Part shown: positions 57,601 to 64,000 of the stretch, piece after piece
Position numbering within the stretch: position 1 is the first letter of the stretch
Layout: the number at the start of each line of letters is the position of its first letter
Source: Alphaproteobacteria bacterium
GTDB lineage: Bacteria; Pseudomonadota; Alphaproteobacteria; Bin95
NCBI GenBank assembly: GCA_965205265.1
Contig: CBDBGH010000003.1
Coordinates: 3,648,001 to 3,712,000 of the forward strand
Direction: 5' to 3'
Length of the DNA: 64,000 bases
Made by a program: the position numbers and the translations under genes
The notes under the pieces: generated by a model
Told to the model about the DNA's origin: nothing
Database searches by the model: none
The model's input: the letters and a program-made list of their open reading frames with translations, nothing else

Positions 57601-58150
57601 TGCGCCTTCAACGCCGCCTACGGGAACGAGGCGGCGCTCCGGGATCTCGTCGAGCGGCCCGAAGCTCGACAAAGCGAGGCGCACCGGTTCGGGAGGTTTC
57701 TGCTCGCCGTCGTCAGGAACGACAAAGACGGGACCATCTACAACATAGTCCGGCAGCAGTATTCGGGGCCGGTCCGGGTGCTTCTGGACAAGCGCTGTGT
57801 CTTCGGCCCCTTCTGGAGTTCCGTCTGGGGCCCTTGACCGGGACGGTTCCTGGGACAGGAAATTCGGGCATGACAAGCGCGAGGTGAACCGGGCTCCGGT
57901 CAATCGCGACACCTTCAACATTCTGACGCGCGTCTTCGACCGGCTCTACACCTTGTGCAACCAGATCTTTCACGGCGGCGCGACATGGCCCGCCGGCTTC
58001 GGGCGAACCCAGATCCGCGACGGCAGCCGCATCATGGCCTCGCTCGTGCTGGCGACCCTCGACATCATGCAAGGCGGCATCGAACGCAACCCGGATTCGG
58101 AACTCCGGGGAACGGTCGCCTACCCCCGCATCAACCCGGAGCCGGAATAG
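57601..58150 (+). pseudogene. Degenerate HEPN-domain protein
   Basis: One frame reads AFNAAYG...YSGPVRVLLD...FGPFW, a frameshift near 57830, then FDRLYTLCNQIFHGGATW (RxxxxH with R replaced by C); N-terminus missing. Confidence 0.65.
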
Positions 58151-59400
58151 ACACCGCGCCGCCCGGCGAGATGCCGGGCCACGCTGCGGGCGTCCTCGCC
58201 GACGCCCCAGAGGATGCCGGATTTGCGCCATGTCATCCAGTTGAGGCCGGCGAAATAGAGGCCGGGCCACGCGCTCACCCCGCCCGGTGCCACGGGATAG
58301 CCGGCCTCGTCGAGCACCGGGGCCTCGATCCAGGAGAAGTCGTAGCGGTAGCCCGTCGCCCACACGACGCTGGCAATGCCCGCCCCGGCGAGGTCGAGCT
58401 CGCGCCGGATTTCCGGCATGGCCCCGTCCCCGGGCGGGCCGCCGGCAAGCTCCTCCGCGCTCGGCGGCGGCGCGTCGATGCCCTGCGCCTCGATATGGCG
58501 GTCGAATTCGGCGGTGATCCGCTCGCAGAACCCGTCTGCGAAGCGCATTTCGTCATGCAGCCCGCCGTCGAAGCGCGCCCGCTCGCCGTTGCAGCCGACC
58601 AGCCGGCCGAGCAGGCGGATGCCGCGCCGGTGGAAGTCGTGCAGGCTGAGCGTGCGGCCGCCATCGCGGCCGGTCAGGTGCGGGTCCGCCCGGAAGCGCA
58701 GCCGGGGGCTTTCCAGCATGGCCGGGGTGCGGTCGAGATAGCCCATGTCGCGCTGCCACTGGATGCAGTCCCGCCCCCGCCAGCGCCTCGGCAGCCGCCC
58801 GGCGCGGCCGACGCACAGCCAGACATCGCGGCCCGCCTCGTGCAGCTCCTCGGCGATCTGGCAGCCGGTCTGCCCGGCGCCCACGACCATCACGCCGCCC
58901 GGCGCCAGCATGCCGGGGCGCTTGTAGCCGTCGGCGGCAATCTGCTTCACGCGGCCGGGCAGGCGTTCGGCAACGGGCGGGATGTGCGGCGCCTGGTATG
59001 TGCCGGTCGCCACAACGACATTCTCCGCCCGCCAGACCCCGGCATCGGCCTCGACCGCAAAACCGTCCCCGTCGGGCCTGACGGCGCTTGCTTCGACCCC
59101 GCAGCGCAGGGGTGCGTTGAAGGCCTCCGCCCAGCGCTCGAAGTGGCGCACAAGCTCGTCGCGGGTGAGGAATCCGTCCGGGTCGCCGCCCGCATAGGCC
59201 GCGCCGGGAAGCGCGATCGACCAGTTGGGGGTGACGGTGCAGAACGAGTCCCACCGGCGCTCGCGCCAGCTCGCCGCGACGGCGGACCGCTCCAGCACGA
59301 CATGGTCGACGCCGAGCCGGGTGAGGAACCAGCTGACGGCAAGGCCGCCCTGTCCGGCCCCGATGACGACGGCCTCGAGGCGCGGCCCGTCCGCCGCCAC
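58120..59400 (-). CDS. Flavin-containing monooxygenase family protein
   Basis: VIGAGQGG, RWDSF..VTPNW, VVGAGQTGCQIAEEL, VVWATGY, PGLYF.G; start estimated. Confidence 0.9.
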   Translation of the reverse strand: MAADGPRLEAVVIGAGQGGLAVSWFLTRLGVDHVVLERSAVAASWRERRWDSFCTVTPNWSIALPGAAYAGGDPDGFLTRDELVRHFERWAEAFNAPLRCGVEASAVRPDGDGFAVEADAGVWRAENVVVATGTYQAPHIPPVAERLPGRVKQIAADGYKRPGMLAPGGVMVVGAGQTGCQIAEELHEAGRDVWLCVGRAGRLPRRWRGRDCIQWQRDMGYLDRTPAMLESPRLRFRADPHLTGRDGGRTLSLHDFHRRGIRLLGRLVGCNGERARFDGGLHDEMRFADGFCERITAEFDRHIEAQGIDAPPPSAEELAGGPPGDGAMPEIRRELDLAGAGIASVVWATGYRYDFSWIEAPVLDEAGYPVAPGGVSAWPGLYFAGLNWMTWRKSGILWGVGEDARSVARHLAGRRGVYSGSGLMRG

Positions 59401-59408
59401 CGTTCCGG

Positions 59409-59903
59409 CTACTCGCCGGCGCTGAACTTGACGAAGTCGAGCGGCGGCGGGTCCATGCCCGCATGCGAGAGCATGTGGTGCGTCTGCCCGCGATGGTGGA
59501 TCTGGTGCTGGAACAGGTTGGTGAGGCAGCGCCGGAGCGGCAGGCTGAAATATTCGCCGGTCTCGACCGTGTCGAAGGAGAGCGTGCCGTCGAGCGCGGC
59601 CGGGTCCAGCCCGTCGGCATATCCGACATACCACCGGTCCTGCGCAGCATGCGCAGCGCGGAGCGGCTCGAATTCCTCATGGAGGATTTCGTCGAGGCGC
59701 GTGAAGCTCGTCGGCTTCTTCTCCAGCCGCTCGCGATAGATGAGGTCGGACAGCAGGATGTGGTTGAGCGTTGCGTGGATCGAGCGGAAGAAGCCCCGCC
59801 GGTCGAGGATGCGCTCCTCATGCGAAAGTTCGGCGCAGGCCGTGTAGAGGCGCCGGTTGGCCCAGGCGTTGTAGCGGGCGGCGGTGGGAAGATCGACAAG
59901 CAT
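59409..59903 (-). CDS. DinB family protein
   Basis: ARYNAWANRRL, FF.SIH.TLNH, HQIHHRGQ. Confidence 0.9.
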   Translation of the reverse strand: MLVDLPTAARYNAWANRRLYTACAELSHEERILDRRGFFRSIHATLNHILLSDLIYRERLEKKPTSFTRLDEILHEEFEPLRAAHAAQDRWYVGYADGLDPAALDGTLSFDTVETGEYFSLPLRRCLTNLFQHQIHHRGQTHHMLSHAGMDPPPLDFVKFSAGE

Positions 59904-60021
59904 GGGAGGACGCCCTCCAATCCCGGTTTGGACGATACCGGCCCGCCTGTTAGCATGAAAACGGGACCGCGCCATTATCCTCCGGAAGCAGGCGGCGGAA
60001 CCCGGGCGGCAGGAGGCATTC

Positions 60022-60441
60022 ATGTTGCGCTCGCTCATCCTGGCCCTGGCCTCGGTCGGCATTGCCGGCGCCGCGCTCGCCGGGCCCGAGGGGACATGGC
60101 TCACCGAGGGCGGCAAGTCGCATGTCGAAATCCGGCAGTGCGGCGACGAGTATTGCGGCAGGCTCGTGTGGCTCAGGGAGCCAAATAACGAGGACGGCTC
60201 GGTCAAGCTCGACAAGAACAACAAGGACGAGGCGCTGCGGTCCCGGACCATCCTCGGGCTCGAGCTGCTTTCCGGCTTCCCGGCAGGCGGCGACGGGCCG
60301 TGGAAAGGCGGGCGGATCTACAACCCCGAGAACGGCAAGACCTACCGCTCGAACCTCCGGCTGAAGGACGACGGCGCATTGCGGGTGAGCGGCTGCGTGT
60401 TCATTTTCTGCGAAACCCAGATCTGGACCCGGGTCGAATAG
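60022..60441 (+). CDS. DUF2147 domain protein
   Basis: Signal peptide; G.W.TE, CGRLVW, GRIYNPENGKTY, GC...C.TQ.W.R. Confidence 0.9.
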   Translation: MLRSLILALASVGIAGAALAGPEGTWLTEGGKSHVEIRQCGDEYCGRLVWLREPNNEDGSVKLDKNNKDEALRSRTILGLELLSGFPAGGDGPWKGGRIYNPENGKTYRSNLRLKDDGALRVSGCVFIFCETQIWTRVE

Positions 60442-60506
60442 GCCGAGCCGGTCCCGCTCCGGCTCCCGGAATCCTCCGCTGTTCGATACGCCCAAGAGCA
60501 CAGGCG

Positions 60507-61526
60507 ATGAGACACCCTCTGGCGGCCGCTTTCCTGCTTCTGGCCCTCCAGGCCGCTGCAGCGGAGCCTGCGGGCTTCCGGAGCGTGACCGTCCCGGCGG
60601 CGCATCACGGGCGCGGGATGTCCGGCGCGCTCTTTTATCCCTCCGCCGGCGGCGGCGAAGCGGTTTCATTCGGCGAGAACAGCGTCTTCCAAGGCACGCG
60701 GGTACTCGACCGCGCGCGGATGGCGGAGGGCTCTTTTCCCGTGGTTCTGGCAAGTCACGGCCTGGGCGGCCATATCGGCGCGCTCGGCTGGCTGACCGCC
60801 GGGCTCGCCGAGGCGGGCGCGCTCGTCATCTCCGTCAACCACCCCAACAGCACACGACAGGACTTCGACCTCCAGGAAGGGCTGAAGCTCTGGACGCGGG
60901 TGCAGGACCTCCGGGCGGCCCTCGCCTGGCTCGCCGCGCAGCCGGAACTCGCCGCCATTGCCGACCTCTCCCGCATCTACGCGGTCGGCTTCTCCGCCGG
61001 CGGCTGGACGGCGCTCTCCCTCGGGGGCGCTCGCGCCGATCTCGAAGGCTACGGCGCCCGTTGCGAGACCGCGCCGCCCTCGCCCTGGCAATGCGCGGAC
61101 CTTGCCCGGCGCGGCGCCGACCTCACCGCCTATTCGGCCAAGGAGTGGAATGCCGGGCGCAAGGACGACCGCATCCGCGCCGTCGCCGCCATCGACCCGG
61201 CGCTCACCTGGGGCCTCGGGCCGGCGCATGTCCGCGACCTGGTGGACCGGGTGCTGCTGATCGGCCTCGGCATGGCGGAGACGCGGCTGCCGGCAACCGA
61301 TTTCAGCGAGACGGGGAGCGGGTTCGCCGCCCTTGTCCCCGGCGCCGAAATCGAGACCATGGCCCCGGCGGCGCATTTCTCGGCCCTGCTGCCCTGCAAG
61401 CCGGAAGGGCCGGCGATCCTGGCCGCCGAAAAAGACGACCCTGTCTGCGACGACCCGCCGGGCACGGACCGCGCGGCGCTGCACAAGCGCATCGTCGCCC
61501 GAATCGCAGGCTTCCTCGGCCTGTAG
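60507..61526 (+). CDS. Secreted alpha/beta hydrolase
   Basis: Signal peptide; SHGLGG, NHP, GFSAGG nucleophile, HFS.L..C. Confidence 0.85.
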   Translation: MRHPLAAAFLLLALQAAAAEPAGFRSVTVPAAHHGRGMSGALFYPSAGGGEAVSFGENSVFQGTRVLDRARMAEGSFPVVLASHGLGGHIGALGWLTAGLAEAGALVISVNHPNSTRQDFDLQEGLKLWTRVQDLRAALAWLAAQPELAAIADLSRIYAVGFSAGGWTALSLGGARADLEGYGARCETAPPSPWQCADLARRGADLTAYSAKEWNAGRKDDRIRAVAAIDPALTWGLGPAHVRDLVDRVLLIGLGMAETRLPATDFSETGSGFAALVPGAEIETMAPAAHFSALLPCKPEGPAILAAEKDDPVCDDPPGTDRAALHKRIVARIAGFLGL

Positions 61527-61663
61527 GACGGCCAGGCCGCGCCCTTATATACGGAAGAATTGTTCCGGGAATGGCCCGGACGGATTATGCTGCATTGTGC
61601 TGTTCGCTCATGTCGGAAGCCCTGTTGCCGGCTGCCGCGCAGCGGAAGACAAAGGAGAGGACC

Positions 61664-61906
61664 ATGACGGCAAGCGCCGAATTGCTCCGGCGCATCACGG
61701 CCCGCCCGGACGTGTTCGGGGGCAAGCCCATCGTCCGCGACATGCGCATATCGGTGGAACTCATCCTGAGCCTGCTGGCGCAGGGCGTGACTCCGGAGGC
61801 CGTACTGGACGACTACCCGGGACTTGAGCCGGACGATATTCGCGCCTGCACCGCATATGCGCATGCAGCTATTGCGTTGCCAAGGCACACGATTCCGCCT
61901 GCTTGA
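61664..61906 (+). CDS. DUF433 family antitoxin-like protein (solo)
   Basis: RIT..P.VFGGKP.VR.MRISV..IL..LA.G....L.DYP.L...DI.AC..YA; [12 protein letters not shown]; no toxin follows. Confidence 0.85.
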   Translation: MTASAELLRRITARPDVFGGKPIVRDMRISVELILSLLAQGVTPEAVLDDYPGLEPDDIRACTAYAHAAIALPRHTIPPA

Positions 61907-62041
61907 TTCCTGACCGGCAGTCGGTCAACGACCTGTCGCCGCGCCTCCAGTTCGTTGCCCCTGACTACGCTCCTACCGCATGCACATCTCGTTTCGGTCG
62001 GTAACCGGCGGCCCGACCCTTTTGCCTTCATACCCCCATAT

Positions 62042-62129
62042 CGTCATACCCGGACTTGTTCCGGGTATCTCTCTCAAGCGGCTCAGCCGGGCGGCCGTGT
62101 GGATACCCGGAACAAGTCCGGGTATGACG
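62042..62129. repeat. 88-bp palindromic REP/RPE-like element, copy 2 (opposite orientation)
   Basis: Same arms as 37450-37537 with the spacer reverse-complemented; a CTTGAGCTTGTCGAAGG unit near 62141 and an extra half arm GGAACAAGTCCGGGTATGACG near 62256. Confidence 0.85.
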
Positions 62130-62359
62130 GAGAAGCCTGTCTTGAGCTTGTCGAAGGGGGGCGTTCGAGCCTCACGGGCAAGGGGCGGATCGCAGACGCC
62201 GCGCGCTCCCGAAATCCCGTTCGGCTTCCCCTCAATGTCTGAACCGGACATCAGTGGAACAAGTCCGGGTATGACGGAGGGGGGCCGCGAGAATCGGGGC
62301 GACGATCCTGGGCTGGACTCCCAACGCGGCCCGATCCGACTGGACTGCGGGCCCCTGCC

Positions 62360-63967
62360 CTACATCCGGAAGACGCCGAAGGCGCCGCGCTCCACGGGGG
62401 CGTTGAGGGCGGCGGAGAGGGCCAGCGCCAGCACGGTGCGGGTCTGGGCCGGGTCGATCACCCCGTCGTCCCAGAGTCGGGCCGAGCCGTAATAGGGGTG
62501 CCCCTGGGTCTCGTACTGGTCGAGGATCGGCTGGCGGAAGGCCTCCTCCTCCTCGTCCGGCCAGTCGCGCCCGTCGCGGGCGAGCGCGTCCCGGCGCACG
62601 GTCGCGAGCACCGTCGCCGCTTGCTCCGCGCCCATCACCGAGACGCGCGCATTCGGCCAGGTAAAGAGGAAGCGCGGCCCGTAGGCCCGCCCGCACATGG
62701 CGTAATTGCCCGCGCCGAAGCTGTTGCCGATGACGACGGTGAATTTCGGCACCCGCGCGCAGGCCACGGCATGGACCATCTTGGCGCCGTCGCGCGCTAT
62801 GCCGCCCGACTCGTATTTCCGCCCGACCATGAAGCCGGTGATGTTCTGCAGGAACACCAGCGGGATGCCGCGCTGGGCGCAGAGCTCGATGAAGTGGGCG
62901 CCCTTCTGCGAGGACTCCGAAAACAGGATGCCGTTATTGGCGACGATGCCGACCGGGTAGCCCTCGATATGCGCGAAGCCGGTGACGAGCGTCGTGCCGT
63001 AGAGCGCCTTGAACTCGTCGAGCCGGCTGCCGTCCACAAGCCGCGCGATGACCTCGCGCACATCGTAAGGCGTCTTCCAGTCCGGCGGCACGATGCCGTA
63101 GATCTCCTCGGGGTCGTATAGCGGCTCCTCCGGCTCGCGCAGGTCGAGCTCCGGGCGCTTCACGCTGTTCAGATAGCCGAGCGCGGTGCGCGCGAGCGCG
63201 AGCGCATGGCCGTCGTCCAGGGCGTAATGGTCGGTCACGCCCGAGATGCGGGAATGGACGTCCGCCCCGCCCAGCTCCTCCGCGCTCACGATCTCGCCGG
63301 TGGCGGCCTTCACCAGCGGCGGGCCGCCCAGGAAGATCGTGCCCTGGCCCTTCACGATCACCGCCTCGTCGGACATGGCCGGCACATAGGCCCCGCCCGC
63401 CGTGCAGGAGCCCATCACCACGGCGATCTGCGGGATGCCGTCGGCCGACATGGTCGCCTGGTTGTAGAAGATGCGCCCGAAATGGGTCGCGTCCGGGAAC
63501 ACCTCGTCCTGCTGGGGCAGGTTGGCGCCGCCGGAATCCACCAGATAGACGCAGGGCAGCCGGTTCTCGCGCGCGACCTGCTGGGCGCGGAGATGCTTCT
63601 TGACCGTCAGCGGGTAGTAGGTGCCGCCCTTGACGGTGGCGTCATTGGCGACGACGACGCATTCGCGCCCGTGCACGCGCCCGATGCCGGTGACGATGCC
63701 GGCCGAGGGGATGTCGTCCTCATAGACGCCCCAGGCGGCGAGCTGGGAGAGCTCCAAAAAGGGCGAGCCGGGGTCGAACAGGCCGCGCACCCGGTCGCGG
63801 GGCAAGAGCTTGCCGCGCGCCAGATGGCGCTGGCGGGCGCGTTCACCGCCGCCTTCCTGCACCCGGGCCACGGTCTCGCGCAGGTCGGCGGCGAGCGCCT
63901 GCATCGCGTCCGCATTGGCGCGGAATTCCCGCCCCCGCGTCCGGAGCCTGCTTTCGATAACGCCCAT
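62360..63967 (-). CDS. mccB: Methylcrotonyl-CoA carboxylase beta (carboxyltransferase) subunit
   Basis: [54 protein letters not shown]. Confidence 0.93.
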   Translation of the reverse strand: MGVIESRLRTRGREFRANADAMQALAADLRETVARVQEGGGERARQRHLARGKLLPRDRVRGLFDPGSPFLELSQLAAWGVYEDDIPSAGIVTGIGRVHGRECVVVANDATVKGGTYYPLTVKKHLRAQQVARENRLPCVYLVDSGGANLPQQDEVFPDATHFGRIFYNQATMSADGIPQIAVVMGSCTAGGAYVPAMSDEAVIVKGQGTIFLGGPPLVKAATGEIVSAEELGGADVHSRISGVTDHYALDDGHALALARTALGYLNSVKRPELDLREPEEPLYDPEEIYGIVPPDWKTPYDVREVIARLVDGSRLDEFKALYGTTLVTGFAHIEGYPVGIVANNGILFSESSQKGAHFIELCAQRGIPLVFLQNITGFMVGRKYESGGIARDGAKMVHAVACARVPKFTVVIGNSFGAGNYAMCGRAYGPRFLFTWPNARVSVMGAEQAATVLATVRRDALARDGRDWPDEEEEAFRQPILDQYETQGHPYYGSARLWDDGVIDPAQTRTVLALALSAALNAPVERGAFGVFRM

Positions 63968-64000
63968 GGCGCCCGCCGTTCCCCCCGGGGCGCCCGGCCG

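Overview
A 64-kb window from a high-GC bacterium. Gene content (aerobic cobP-cobW-cobN-cobO-cobQ, DUF1489, bufferin cluster) suggests an alphaproteobacterium; this is inference. About 10.9-64 kb is mostly ordinary metabolism: a branched-chain-type ABC transporter, RidA/DUF1028, a core methionine synthase, a class III aminotransferase, a bufferin RiPP cluster, metA, acyl-CoA dehydrogenases, a P450, a TcuA-like flavoprotein, cobalamin genes, queA, a Rieske oxygenase, hydantoinase A/B and mccB. Scattered among these are an intact IS1634 with TIRs and an 8-bp target duplication, palindromic repeats, and several broken toxin-antitoxin modules. The first ~10.9 kb is an accessory, defence-island-like region. 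Its centrepiece (3077-6826, plus a patatin at 7094-8236) is a translationally coupled operon: 64-aa acidic peptide ending ...DLGGEYG-RRGNQA, E2/UBC-like enzyme, Phd/YefM-E2 fusion, ThiF/E1 with no crossover-loop cysteine, JAB/JAMM peptidase with an extra C-terminal domain, and a ComEC-type metallo-beta-lactamase. It has ubiquitin-like conjugation machinery but no CD-NTase and no recognisable beta-grasp Ubl. It is the best candidate here for an undescribed peptide-conjugation (probably anti-phage) system. All family calls come from motifs read by eye; no database searches were run, and refined start codons are estimates.
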